Positions 9,366 through 18,450 of a DNA stretch of 64,000 bases are shown here, one piece after another (within the stretch, counting starts at the first letter, position 1; each line of letters starts with the position of its first letter). Below the pieces are notes generated by a model, which did no database searches, was not told the origin of the DNA, and was given only the letters and a program-made list of their open reading frames with translations. The translations under genes were made by a program, and so were the position numbers. The stretch covers positions 6,406 to 70,405 of IMG/VR virus record IMGVR_UViG_3300017987_005475. One strand, written 5' to 3'. Origin of the DNA: a virus (Duplodnaviria > Caudoviricetes).

Positions 9366-10649
9366 CTATCTTCCAGGCTGTTGACCTTTTTTGCCGATAC
9401 GAGCGATTTCGTCCATCCGTTCTTGCGGGATTCCTAACTCGCCCAAAATCGTGTAAACAACCATGGTTGGTTTCCCCTGGCGGTCGGCTACTGGTCCCTT
9501 GTAAATGCCCCGATGTACCACGCTGTTTTCCTGCATGATACGCGACAACATTTCAAAACCGTGCTCCAGATTCTCCTGTGGCACCACATCCAGGACCGAC
9601 TCATGTCCTACCACCACACAGGCTGCCGCTTCTGCCACGCGTAGGTCGATATCAGCCACCAAAATGTTCCGTTTGAGGTTGTCCCTGACCGCGTAACTGA
9701 TATCCGTCGGCTTCATCCATTCCTTCAGGTAGGTGGCTCCGAACGTCACAACGCCGCTCTTCAGTACATCCGCCAAATCGGCCTTGTCAAACGTCGTCAG
9801 TTCACTGTCCCTGGTGGCAATGTTGTTGAAAAGATGAAACAGTCCGCTGATGGACTGATTGGCTACCCCGTAAAACTGCGTCACTGGAAGCCCGGGGTAC
9901 ATCTCGTTAATGCGGTCATTATCCACCACAATCAAGGGCGACAGAGTGCGACCAGCCAGTTTGCCAGGCACCTGTCCTTTGCCAACTAACCCAAAAAGCC
10001 CACTGAGTACGTCGTGAGCATTGGCATTGACCTTCTGACCCTCGCTTTTCATCGGCATTGACACGAGCGCCCCCACTGCCGGAGGCTGCCCAGCACCCTC
10101 CAATCGAAAGCTCTCGGCAATGTCATGAGCAATCTTGATGATGGACTGGACAGAACCACTCCCGGTCCCGCCCCCGGCTCCTGCACAGACTATGATTCGC
10201 TCGAAGTCACGCCCAAAGGAACGACGCATGAGGTCATACACATCCTCATAGTACTCTTTTACCGCAGCCTCGCCCTTTTGGGGGTCTTTACCGGCACCGT
10301 CTTCACCGATGTCCATGACCAATTTATTCTCGTCAGGAATTTTGATGTGGACAAGGTCTTTCTCCGTGGTATTTACAGCGCAAACGCGACGATAACCCAA
10401 GGCGTAAAAAGCCTCGGCCATGCGAGCACCACCCTGACCCGTACCCACGAAAGCCAACTTGAAAGCAGCATCACATTCATCCTCGACGATGTCCCTCTCC
10501 CCAGCGTCCTCAGCGGGCAGCGGAATATCTGGAATGAAAATCCCAGGAGCAGAAGCGTCTTGCAGGGGCTTGTCGTCCAATTTCTTCTCCTCACTCTTGC
10601 CATCGGCTTTCTTCGCCATTTCAATTCCTTTCTCATCTTGTCCGCTCAT
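9366..10649 (-). CDS. FtsZ/tubulin superfamily GTPase
   Basis: T1 FVGTGQGG, signature GAGGGTGSG, VDND, T7-like TFDKAD. Confidence 0.92.
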   Translation of the reverse strand: MSGQDEKGIEMAKKADGKSEEKKLDDKPLQDASAPGIFIPDIPLPAEDAGERDIVEDECDAAFKLAFVGTGQGGARMAEAFYALGYRRVCAVNTTEKDLVHIKIPDENKLVMDIGEDGAGKDPQKGEAAVKEYYEDVYDLMRRSFGRDFERIIVCAGAGGGTGSGSVQSIIKIAHDIAESFRLEGAGQPPAVGALVSMPMKSEGQKVNANAHDVLSGLFGLVGKGQVPGKLAGRTLSPLIVVDNDRINEMYPGLPVTQFYGVANQSISGLFHLFNNIATRDSELTTFDKADLADVLKSGVVTFGATYLKEWMKPTDISYAVRDNLKRNILVADIDLRVAEAAACVVVGHESVLDVVPQENLEHGFEMLSRIMQENSVVHRGIYKGPVADRQGKPTMVVYTILGELGIPQERMDEIARIGKKGQQPGR

Positions 10650-10676
10650 ACGCGGAAACTTCGGGAGGATGAACTC

Positions 10677-11252
10677 TCAATCCTCGCCTCTCCATTTCGT
10701 GGTTCCCAGAATCCTGTCTGCCAGGGAAGCACAGAAGGCACCGGCATCGCTCACTTTTCCCTCTAGTTTACGAATACATGCTGACACTTTGTGTTTGGAG
10801 GCACGACCAGTCAGCGTTTTCCAGAACTTCTCGGCCGACTCTTGCGTCCAACCTTTTGGCAGGCTTTCCCACTTCTGAGCCTGTCGTAACTCTGGGAACA
10901 GCACGGAAGCCCTGATTTTGGTAATCCGCCGTTCGCGCATCTTTTCGGCGCAAACACTACAGATGTCGTCCATTTCGTCAACAGCAATAGGGTAATCAGC
11001 AGCCAATCGTTCCGCCAACTCCCGCAATTCATAACTACGATTTTGCTCTCCCCAAAACGGACCAGGCACCGTTAGCCTCCATGCCATTAGCGCCTCTTGC
11101 ATGCGCTTCTTTTTTCCGAAGTTCCTTTCTTTCTCAATCATACGTTTCAACTCGGTAGGTGGCGTATTCAAATATGGATTCACGTCGCCGGCAGCACCTT
11201 CCGCTAAGTTGCCACCGTAATCCCGACGCATTCGCAACGGCTGTGCGCTCAT
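10677..11252 (-). CDS. Hypothetical modular protein (CSVCAEKMR and AFC modules)
   Basis: Likely start MSAQPL at 11252; shares short modules with 52106..52510. Confidence 0.75.
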   Translation of the reverse strand: MSAQPLRMRRDYGGNLAEGAAGDVNPYLNTPPTELKRMIEKERNFGKKKRMQEALMAWRLTVPGPFWGEQNRSYELRELAERLAADYPIAVDEMDDICSVCAEKMRERRITKIRASVLFPELRQAQKWESLPKGWTQESAEKFWKTLTGRASKHKVSACIRKLEGKVSDAGAFCASLADRILGTTKWRGED

Positions 11253-11310
11253 AGAATTTCCCCTCACTCGGCTGCACCACTGCAAGCCGAACACTCGCAA
11301 AAAAGGCAAA

Positions 11311-11325
11311 ATATAAAGAAAATAT
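11311..11325 (-). promoter_or_regulatory. Candidate late promoter/regulatory motif ATATTTTCTTTATAT
   Basis: Intergenic 15-mer identical to 51412..51426 and one mismatch from 58775..58789. Confidence 0.55.
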
Positions 11326-11340
11326 CACGGATGGAAGACG

Positions 11341-11892
11341 CTAGAGCCCCAAAATCTGCATAGCCTCAGAAAGGCGCTCCTCGCCGCGACCACGCACCAC
11401 CCCATGCGGAATGCCCCACTCATCCAGCACACCGAGCATAAGACTGTGGATGGTAAACTGATACCATGGGTCAATTGTGCGAATGCCGTTCCCCTCCAGC
11501 GGCACAACCCCCCATGGGCACAATAAGAGGTGAGTATAAGTCTCGGCGTAACCACGACATACGGCTACTATCTCATTGACCTTCTCGGTTTCGTCTCGCA
11601 ACTCCGCGATTGCATAAGCCGCCAAGTCAATTGAGGTTCGGTCAGTAACGAAGGATTCATGTTTTTCTTGCTGCGCCACTGTGCCACGCAAAATCTGGTC
11701 TTGGCATTCCTTTCTTGCCAGAAAACGCTCCACATAGACGCCGGAACCCCAGTCATATTTCTCGTTTTCCAAGATTTGCCGGGTGATGTCTTTGGCTGCC
11801 AGGAAGGGAACATCCAGTCGCGCTGCTATCATTCGACCCAGCCCACTTTTGCCGGTGCCTGCCGAGCCCACGATGCCAATCCTACATTCCAC
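11341..11892 (-). CDS. P-loop NadR/AAA_28-like kinase/ATPase
   Basis: IGIVGSAGTGKS Walker A and FVTDRTSID; probable GTG start at 11892 after GAGGAG. Confidence 0.75.
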   Translation of the reverse strand: MECRIGIVGSAGTGKSGLGRMIAARLDVPFLAAKDITRQILENEKYDWGSGVYVERFLARKECQDQILRGTVAQQEKHESFVTDRTSIDLAAYAIAELRDETEKVNEIVAVCRGYAETYTHLLLCPWGVVPLEGNGIRTIDPWYQFTIHSLMLGVLDEWGIPHGVVRGRGEERLSEAMQILGL

Positions 11893-12073
11893 CTGTGCGC
11901 TCCTCGCTTGCCTCTTCCTGGATAGATTGCAGCCGGCTATCAATCTCGTCAAGCACACTCATAGCTTCCTGTGTGTGCTGCGCCACGGATTCCTCGGTGG
12001 CAGCCTTCATCTTTTCACGTGCAATATAGAAGCGCCTGAAGAGAATTTCAAGCGATTCCCTGTCACCACTCAT
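11882..12073 (-). CDS. Small coiled-coil hypothetical protein (63 aa)
   Basis: ATGA overlap with exonuclease; helical composition. Confidence 0.6.
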   Translation of the reverse strand: MSGDRESLEILFRRFYIAREKMKAATEESVAQHTQEAMSVLDEIDSRLQSIQEEASEERTGGM

Positions 12074-12963
12074 TCAACCAACCTCCAGGCGTCCTCTTTT
12101 AGACTGTCAAATTTGAACTGCGTCAACCAGTCATAGAAAGGCTTTTTCTGGCGGCGAGCACAACGCAATGACGGCAAATCGTCTACAGTGTCCATCTGCT
12201 TTAGGCTCCTGGCCAACCGCAGCCTCTCTTCGTGGTCTAAAACAGCCTGTTCCTTCTTGCCACGCTTTGTTTTAGCGCGCAATCCCGCCAAAACGCCGTC
12301 TATGTTCCCATATTGCTGGATGAGTTTAAGAGCCCACTTCTCGCCGATACCAGGCACACCATGTATCTCGTCCGACTTGTCTCCCATTAGAGCCCCGCAG
12401 TCCACCCACAGCGCCGGCTCGAATCCAAACGCCCCCCGGAACACATCAGGCGACCAGAACTCGTCTTTCATTGCGTCGTAGACTTTGGTCTGCTCTGTGA
12501 GAATCTGCAAATAATCATGATCCGACGTGATAACGGTAGAGTGTCCTCCCTCAACCTCGTTCCGTTTCGCCAAAGAGTAAATCACATCGTCTGCTTCGTA
12601 GCCACTTGCCCGCACTTGTAGGACGCGAATGAGTTTCAGAGCCTCGCGAAGTGGGTCCATTTGCTCGAACATGTCCTCAATCTCGGGCGGAATCTCACGG
12701 TCTGGGTCATGCCTGGATTCTTTGTAGTGAGTGGGGATAAGACGCTTTTGGACTCCCGCCTTGGACTCAGCCTCTCGTCTTTTTGACCGCGAATCCCAAG
12801 CGACTATCACAAGATGCCCGGGAAACTTCTTACGCAAGTAGATGAGGCTCCGGAAAAAACCGTACAGCAGGGAGACAGGCATGCCATCCAATGTGAGGGT
12901 TCGGTGTGTCCAATGTACCCGGAAAGCCAGGTTGTTTCCGTCAATCAATAACAACTTCGCCAA
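12070..12963 (-). CDS. 5'-3' exonuclease / flap endonuclease (Pol I N-terminal, T4 RNase H-like)
   Basis: LLLIDGNNL, AWD, YKESR, GYEADD, ITSDHD, GDKSDEIHGVPGIGEK; TTG start at 12963 after GGAGG. Confidence 0.93.
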   Translation of the reverse strand: MAKLLLIDGNNLAFRVHWTHRTLTLDGMPVSLLYGFFRSLIYLRKKFPGHLVIVAWDSRSKRREAESKAGVQKRLIPTHYKESRHDPDREIPPEIEDMFEQMDPLREALKLIRVLQVRASGYEADDVIYSLAKRNEVEGGHSTVITSDHDYLQILTEQTKVYDAMKDEFWSPDVFRGAFGFEPALWVDCGALMGDKSDEIHGVPGIGEKWALKLIQQYGNIDGVLAGLRAKTKRGKKEQAVLDHEERLRLARSLKQMDTVDDLPSLRCARRQKKPFYDWLTQFKFDSLKEDAWRLVE

Positions 12964-12964
12964 T

Positions 12965-14170
12965 TCATACCTCCTCTGCGACTGCTTCACCGCCCTCATC
13001 AAAAATGCTAGAATCTAATGCCGGCGCGCTTCGGCTGCCACTCGCTGACTCTACGGACTCCTCTGATTCTGCAGATTCTCCTGACTCTACGGATTCCTCT
13101 GATTCTGCAGATTCTTCTGACTCTGTTCGGGCTTTTCTGGCTGTCTTCTTGGGCAACGCGGCAGTTTTCTCCTTTTCAACAACTTCTGCCTCGATTTGGG
13201 CTATCATTTCCGGATTTTCACGTAGCAACTCTAGCGTTTTCGCCCGACCTTGTCCCAACCGCGTTTTCCCGTGATTGAACCAAGAGCCAGACTTCTGAAC
13301 GACGTTGCTTTCGAGGGCGGCATCCAGAATGTCAACAACGGAATCAATACCCAAACCAAAAGTAATGGCGAAATGAGCCTCCCGGAAAGGTGCCGCCGTC
13401 TTGTTTTTGGTGACCACAGCCTTAACGCGGTTAGCCACCTTGTCGTCGCCCTCCTTGTCCGACCCAATACGCACAATTTCCACACGGCATGACGCATAGA
13501 ACTTCAGTGCGTTGCCCCCAGGCTCAGTGGTCTTTTTGCCAAACATCACTCCAATCTTCGCGCGAACCTGATTAGTAAAGAGTACGAACGAATTCTTCAT
13601 GGACGCAGCCCGGATGATTTTCCGAAGACCTTGTGACATGAGGCGCGCGGTGTTGGCGACATGAGAATCACCAATGTCGCCCTCTAATTCAGCCTTTGGC
13701 GTCAAGGCGGCTACAGAATCAACCACAACCATCCCGACATCAGACATAATCAATTGCTCAAGAATGTTCAATGCCTGTTCGCCAGTTTCAGGCTGGTGGA
13801 CAATCAACAACTCCACGTCTACGCCAATGTCAGATGCATATGCCACGTCAAAAGAAAACTCAGAATCAATGATGGCTACGTCTTCGTCGGGGTACTTTTT
13901 CTGGAATTCGGCAATGGCGTGAAGGCAAATGGTAGACTTTCCCCCCGATTCAGGACCGTATACCTCACATATCCGTCCGCGAGGCCACCCACCCCCCAGT
14001 GCAGAATCCAACTTTCTTGCGCCGGTTGAAAACCTCTCCAGCGCTTTTGCCTCGGATTGCCCTAGAAAAACGAGGGCATCATGGTTATCACCTCCATGCG
14101 GTCCCTTATTGATACCGTCGCAGATAGCCTTTATCCGCTTCAGGCGTTCTGTTCGCTTGTCTTTTGCCAT
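12965..14170 (-). CDS. recA: RecA recombinase with acidic C-terminal extension
   Basis: GGGWPRGRICEVYGPESGGKST, VVVDSVAAL, ARLMSQGLRK, FTNQVR, GGNALKFYAS. Confidence 0.98.
   Translation of the reverse strand: MAKDKRTERLKRIKAICDGINKGPHGGDNHDALVFLGQSEAKALERFSTGARKLDSALGGGWPRGRICEVYGPESGGKSTICLHAIAEFQKKYPDEDVAIIDSEFSFDVAYASDIGVDVELLIVHQPETGEQALNILEQLIMSDVGMVVVDSVAALTPKAELEGDIGDSHVANTARLMSQGLRKIIRAASMKNSFVLFTNQVRAKIGVMFGKKTTEPGGNALKFYASCRVEIVRIGSDKEGDDKVANRVKAVVTKNKTAAPFREAHFAITFGLGIDSVVDILDAALESNVVQKSGSWFNHGKTRLGQGRAKTLELLRENPEMIAQIEAEVVEKEKTAALPKKTARKARTESEESAESEESVESGESAESEESVESASGSRSAPALDSSIFDEGGEAVAEEV
13046..13124. repeat. About 2.2 copies of a 36-bp coding repeat (ESAESEESVESG) in the RecA tail
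   Basis: TGACTCTACGGACTCCTCTGATTCTGCAGATTCTCC followed by a near-identical copy and a partial third. Confidence 0.85.
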
Positions 14171-14198
14171 TGTCTTTTCATGCTCCTATCGTGAGCGT

Positions 14199-14465
14199 CT
14201 ACCGCTTACGTGGTGCTGCCTTCAACAAACGCTGCAATCGCTTCTGCTCGCTCATTAACCTGGATGCAGACACAGAATCGCCGCTGCCCGTGCGAAAACG
14301 CTCTTCCAGTTCCGCACGACGCACCGGGTCCGAGTCCTCCAGCAGGAAATCATACCGTGGAGGTTCGCCATCCAACCCGAGCAAAACAAAACCGTGAGCC
14401 AGCAAGAAAGCAGTGAGGTAGTAATCACTCGTTCTGACAACTGGCTTGTCGTGGTCATCCGCCAT
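14199..14465 (-). CDS. DUF5659-like small protein (88 aa)
   Basis: Start MADDHDK at 14465; RTSDYYLTAFL motif, paralogous to 57415..57672. Confidence 0.65.
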   Translation of the reverse strand: MADDHDKPVVRTSDYYLTAFLLAHGFVLLGLDGEPPRYDFLLEDSDPVRRAELEERFRTGSGDSVSASRLMSEQKRLQRLLKAAPRKR

Positions 14466-15648
14466 GTTCAGCCTTATATTTAGCAACACACTTATCGCGG
14501 CTATCACACACTGCACACTCCGGGTGCTCAGGATCGTCACAAGTACCGTAACAATCCCAACTTGGCTCATCTTCCTTGGCAGCCGGCTCAGGTGTGGGTT
14601 CCGGCTCAGGTGTGGGCTCCGGCTCAGGTGTGGGCTCCGGCTCAGGTGTGGGCTCCGGCTCAGGTGTGGGCTCCGGCTCAGGTGTGGGCGCGGGCTCCGA
14701 CATTGCAGCCTTCTTTGGGGGCGCGGCTTTCTTCTGCGCAACAGGAGCATCTTCCTTTGGTGCCTCTCTGCCAGCCCCGGACTCTTCGCTGGAGGCGTTC
14801 TCAGCCCTTGCTGCCATCTCACTGACAGCCCCTTCGCAAAAACTCCGCACGTCGTCATGCATAGCGTCGAGGACAGATTCTATTGACAACATGCCGCCGG
14901 CGAATCTTCTCAGGTCGTGAATCTCCAAGGCTCGCTCTTCCTCGGTCAGCGGCGTCAATTTGACCTGGATGCCGTCCATGACAGCCTGCGCAGTATAACA
15001 GACACGCACGCCATTGTGCCCTTTGACAATATTGACATCCACTCCATCCTCGATGTCCCAAACGAGGCGGTCAAGTTGCCCACAAATGGCTTCGATGCCT
15101 CTGCTGGCTTCCATTCCGATATTGGCGACCTTGAAACCGAGTCGCTCCTCCTCTGTACCGTCTTCCGCCACTGTCACAACGTTTGGACTGCGACGGTCGA
15201 TGACATTCCACTTGAGTTGGACGGTTGGGCGACACTTATCCACCATGAACTCCAGTTCCTTCCGCTCCGCCTTGTCAAGCGGGTCTTCATCTCGCTCCTT
15301 TTGAAGTTTGTTGGCTTCTTTGAGCGTTTCTTTGGCAATTGCATAGGCAGCGCAAATCGGACAGGTCTTCCCGGGGGCGTCGTCTTCCGCTTCGATATCC
15401 CAGTCCCAACAATTGATCATTGGGGACATCCGCTCTTCTCCCTGAAACGCCTCATTGACACAAAGACCGCGTTCTTTTCGTTTCTTGTCCGGACCAATAT
15501 AATGCTGGTGAACCTCCAGACAATCTCCAACCAGGCGAAAGATGTTCGGACCATCTTCCAGTGTCGCGAAGACATTCTTCGTTTTGACAAAATTCCCGCC
15601 ACCGCGCTCTTTCAATCTCCTCAACTTCTCCAAGGTTTTGCTTGGCAT
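14455..15648 (-). CDS. Single-stranded DNA-binding protein (gp32-like) with PTPEPE linker and C-terminal Cys module
   Basis: Between UvsY-like gene and recA; CPIC motif, NVIDR, GVDVNIVK..GVRVCY pattern; acidic linker; AAGGAG RBS before ATG 15648. Confidence 0.65.
   Translation of the reverse strand: MPSKTLEKLRRLKERGGGNFVKTKNVFATLEDGPNIFRLVGDCLEVHQHYIGPDKKRKERGLCVNEAFQGEERMSPMINCWDWDIEAEDDAPGKTCPICAAYAIAKETLKEANKLQKERDEDPLDKAERKELEFMVDKCRPTVQLKWNVIDRRSPNVVTVAEDGTEEERLGFKVANIGMEASRGIEAICGQLDRLVWDIEDGVDVNIVKGHNGVRVCYTAQAVMDGIQVKLTPLTEEERALEIHDLRRFAGGMLSIESVLDAMHDDVRSFCEGAVSEMAARAENASSEESGAGREAPKEDAPVAQKKAAPPKKAAMSEPAPTPEPEPTPEPEPTPEPEPTPEPEPTPEPEPTPEPAAKEDEPSWDCYGTCDDPEHPECAVCDSRDKCVAKYKAEHGG
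14583..14690. repeat. Six tandem 18-bp units (CCGGCTCAGGTGTGGGCT) encoding PTPEPE
   Basis: Direct inspection: four identical internal units and two terminal variants. Confidence 0.95.
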
Positions 15649-15683
15649 CCCTGCTCCTTTCAATTAGGTGCTTGCCCACGACG

Positions 15684-16325
15684 CTAACATGCGCCAGTTC
15701 GTTTTTTAGCCTTTTTCTGCATTTCCCTTATGTTGCGCATTGCTTGCCTGCCGCTGATTCTACTGGCAGGAGCATCCACCTCAACAAATTCACCACGAAC
15801 TCCGGTATCTTCCTCCTCGTCTGTCTTCCCGTAGATATATGGTTGTGAGCGTCGTTCGTCCGACAAAGTCAAACCGTGCTCACGCAAAGCATAGGACTTC
15901 TGCCGCCATGCTTCATACCACGTGTCCATTGTATCCGACTGAGACTGTAGCTTGTCTATTGCAGATTCTTTTTCGCGGATTTGAGCCTCGTTTTGGAGAA
16001 ACATGTACGCCTCAATGTCCCCAATGGTCACTTTTTTGGTCGTTTGTGCCTCTAAGCCCTTTCTTGCCTCTTGATATTTCCTCTTTTTCCAGTGCTCAAA
16101 TTCTCGTTGGGCTATCTGGAGTTCCCTGGCAGCCGTTTTCTTCAGAACTCCGTAATAGGCAATCGCCGCCGGCTGCATGGCTACGTGCTCGTCAAACAAA
16201 CCATTTCGCACATCGAGCAGTTCAGGACCCGGCACGTCAAGCCGAACTCCCGTTATGTCTGCCTCTCCCGCTCGGTCGCAGGCGTCTTCAATGTTACCAA
16301 TGACTCTGTCTTTCTCGGTGTTCAT
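15684..16325 (-). CDS. Helical protein, possibly UvsY-like recombination mediator
   Basis: Long amphipathic helices, position next to SSB/recA; start ATG 16325 after AGAGGT. Confidence 0.45.
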   Translation of the reverse strand: MNTEKDRVIGNIEDACDRAGEADITGVRLDVPGPELLDVRNGLFDEHVAMQPAAIAYYGVLKKTAARELQIAQREFEHWKKRKYQEARKGLEAQTTKKVTIGDIEAYMFLQNEAQIREKESAIDKLQSQSDTMDTWYEAWRQKSYALREHGLTLSDERRSQPYIYGKTDEEEDTGVRGEFVEVDAPASRISGRQAMRNIREMQKKAKKRTGAC

Positions 16326-16359
16326 ATCGACCTCTAAAAACATCGCCAATGATGATACG

Positions 16360-16369
16360 ATTATACCAA
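16360..16369 (-). promoter_or_regulatory. Putative extended -10 promoter TTGGTATAAT with upstream A-tract
   Basis: Intergenic copy of the recurrent 10-mer. Confidence 0.65.
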
Positions 16370-16393
16370 TGGGAGAGAATTTTTTGCTTTTTT

Positions 16394-17020
16394 TTAGCGA
16401 CCCTTGAGAGAATCAATCACGCGCCGCAAATCAGCATTCCCCGCTTTGCCATCTCGAACCTCACCCAACACTTTGACGAGGGCTTCATCGTTTGTTTCAC
16501 GCAGCAGAACCCTCGCCTCCTGCAATAGTATCCTGCCTTCATCTTGCGCTTTTTTCTCAATCTGGCGTTTCTTTAATTCGGTCTTTTTCTGATAAAAGAA
16601 ACTCTGAAGCACGTTGTTACTAAGAGCCAATGGCAAGCCCGGCGAAAGTTTATCATTGCCAGCAAAGAAATCATCAAAAAGCCAGTTCATATACTCCTCG
16701 ATGCTCGCACCTTGTTTTTCCAGTTTTTCCACCATTCCTTCGGCTATCTTCATTTGCGCGCCGCCACCCATCGTCGCCTGGTATTCGATGTCATACGATT
16801 CAAGATACTTCTGTTTGAATATGGCAAAAACCTTTGCTCCGATTTTTTGACTGTCTTGTTTTGCCATAGATTTGCCCAAATGCTCCTGGATTTTTTCAAA
16901 CAACACCAGGAGAGCCCGCTTCACGTCCGGGTCTTCCCACATCCCGTAAACATCAGACATCTCAACCAGCCAATAGTGAAACCGCTGGTAGTTGTCAGTC
17001 GGTACTCTCTTTTTTGCCAT
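16394..17020 (-). CDS. Hypothetical protein (start uncertain; ORF open to 17074)
   Basis: Co-oriented helical ORF. Confidence 0.7.
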   Translation of the reverse strand: MAKKRVPTDNYQRFHYWLVEMSDVYGMWEDPDVKRALLVLFEKIQEHLGKSMAKQDSQKIGAKVFAIFKQKYLESYDIEYQATMGGGAQMKIAEGMVEKLEKQGASIEEYMNWLFDDFFAGNDKLSPGLPLALSNNVLQSFFYQKKTELKKRQIEKKAQDEGRILLQEARVLLRETNDEALVKVLGEVRDGKAGNADLRRVIDSLKGR

Positions 17021-17474
17021 CTTGCTCTCGCATGTAGCCTCTGACTCGCTCCACCGTTTCATCGTTAGTGTCAAACAAAAGCGTCATGAGACAATCCGCG
17101 CGTCCTGCCCTGCGAAACATCTGAATCGTTGTCTCTCGCACTATTTGGTCTTCGCTGTTCAAGAAAGCCACGAGTTCTTCTATCCCCTCTCGACTCTTAA
17201 ACAGCACCCTCAGCATTGCTAACAGAGTTTCCTTCTCTGTTTCGTCAGCAGCCACCTTGATGATTTCCCCAAAACGACCTGCTCCCCCGATTGCCTGAGC
17301 CGCGCAACGCCTCGTCCAACCATCCTCAGACCTCAAGAAAGGAATGAGACAACTCACATCGACGACACGCTTGTATTTCAGCACGTTCTTAACGTGGCGG
17401 GGGGATAAACGTTTTTCCTTCGCTGCCCAATAGAACATTTCCACCGCGCGCTTAGGAAAAAAATCACTCCCCAT
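16995..17474 (-). CDS. HEAT-repeat protein
   Basis: Repeats LIPFLRSEDGWTRRCAAQAIG and LVAFLNSEDQIVRETTIQMF, LMTLLFDTNDETVERV; start overlaps the helicase C-half stop. Confidence 0.75.
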   Translation of the reverse strand: MGSDFFPKRAVEMFYWAAKEKRLSPRHVKNVLKYKRVVDVSCLIPFLRSEDGWTRRCAAQAIGGAGRFGEIIKVAADETEKETLLAMLRVLFKSREGIEELVAFLNSEDQIVRETTIQMFRRAGRADCLMTLLFDTNDETVERVRGYMREQDGKKESTD

Positions 17475-18450
17475 AGCCTTTTTCCTGCAAAGCAATGATC
17501 AGTTCGTCCGTTCCCGCCGCTTCTATTGCCGCCCACTCTGTCAAAATGTCCTCCGGATTCTGAATTCCAAGGCTATACAATTCCTGCGCCATTGCCTTGG
17601 TTATACCATCGAGACTACATAATTTGACAAGTTCTTCCGAAATCCTATACTTCATCCGCACCGCTAGCCGCTCAAAAAGTGACCTATCCCACCCATCCGC
17701 CTTTCCAATCGCCTGGAGCGCAGCTATAACTCGTGGTGCGTCCTCTTTTACATTCCGCACAGTTTCGGCACATTTTCCTAAAGACGGTCCTCCCAGTAAC
17801 GACCACCACACGATGCCAAGAGCAGTAGCCCCTTTTGGGTCCAGCCCCATTGACAGCACTTGACTGGTGTATTCCTCAACGTAGTGCGAATAGCCACCTA
17901 TGTAAACCTTCTGGTGCGGTACGGTTGCAATAGCCCAAGCGAGGCAAAAAGCGCTTTCACTTTCCTGCGGGAGCACCTCGCGGAAGTTTTGACGCCAACG
18001 AAATACGTCAACAGGATGGAAATAAAAACCAGACGCAATCCTCCCTATCTCGGTCGGAAAGAGAAAATTTCCCCTCTTCACCACGGCTTCCGACTCAATC
18101 AGAATTGTCAACACCTCATCCAGGTCAATCTCGCTGCCGCTGAACGCTGCAAAACTCCGTTCGTGCCAGGATTTGACGTCCTGAATTGTGGTGACATTTC
18201 GATTGGCTATTTCCGACACGAGGTGAAAAACAATCTCATCAGAACAATCCAAGGTCGAGGCTACTGCCAGTTCCTCGGCGTCCTTCATCGCCGCCTCGAC
18301 CTCTTCAACCTCACTTTCGCCCACGATGATATCCACAACGCCACACTGTCCGGCTTTTCTGGCACACCGACCCTGCATCTGCATCATCTCTGTTATGGGG
18401 ACTTTCGTACCGCCACGATGAAAGCCGACAATGATAACCCGGTCAGCCAT
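17464..18450 (-). CDS. Hel308/Ski2-like SF2 helicase, C-terminal half (motif VI, winged helix, ratchet, HhH)
   Basis: Begins MADRVII; motif VI QMQGRCAR; PTEIGRIASGFYFHP; HhH LDGITKAMAQELYSLGI. Confidence 0.85.
   Translation of the reverse strand: MADRVIIVGFHRGGTKVPITEMMQMQGRCARKAGQCGVVDIIVGESEVEEVEAAMKDAEELAVASTLDCSDEIVFHLVSEIANRNVTTIQDVKSWHERSFAAFSGSEIDLDEVLTILIESEAVVKRGNFLFPTEIGRIASGFYFHPVDVFRWRQNFREVLPQESESAFCLAWAIATVPHQKVYIGGYSHYVEEYTSQVLSMGLDPKGATALGIVWWSLLGGPSLGKCAETVRNVKEDAPRVIAALQAIGKADGWDRSLFERLAVRMKYRISEELVKLCSLDGITKAMAQELYSLGIQNPEDILTEWAAIEAAGTDELIIALQEKGYGE

Noticed and set aside
9366-10649. Calling this a nucleus-forming phage with PhuZ
   Set aside because: No chimallin or multisubunit phage RNA polymerase is in the window; a tubulin alone is insufficient.
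14583-14690. Tandem repeats as a CRISPR array
   Set aside because: Head-to-tail 18-bp units with no spacers, in frame in a CDS, and no cas genes; the 24373 repeats also lack spacers.
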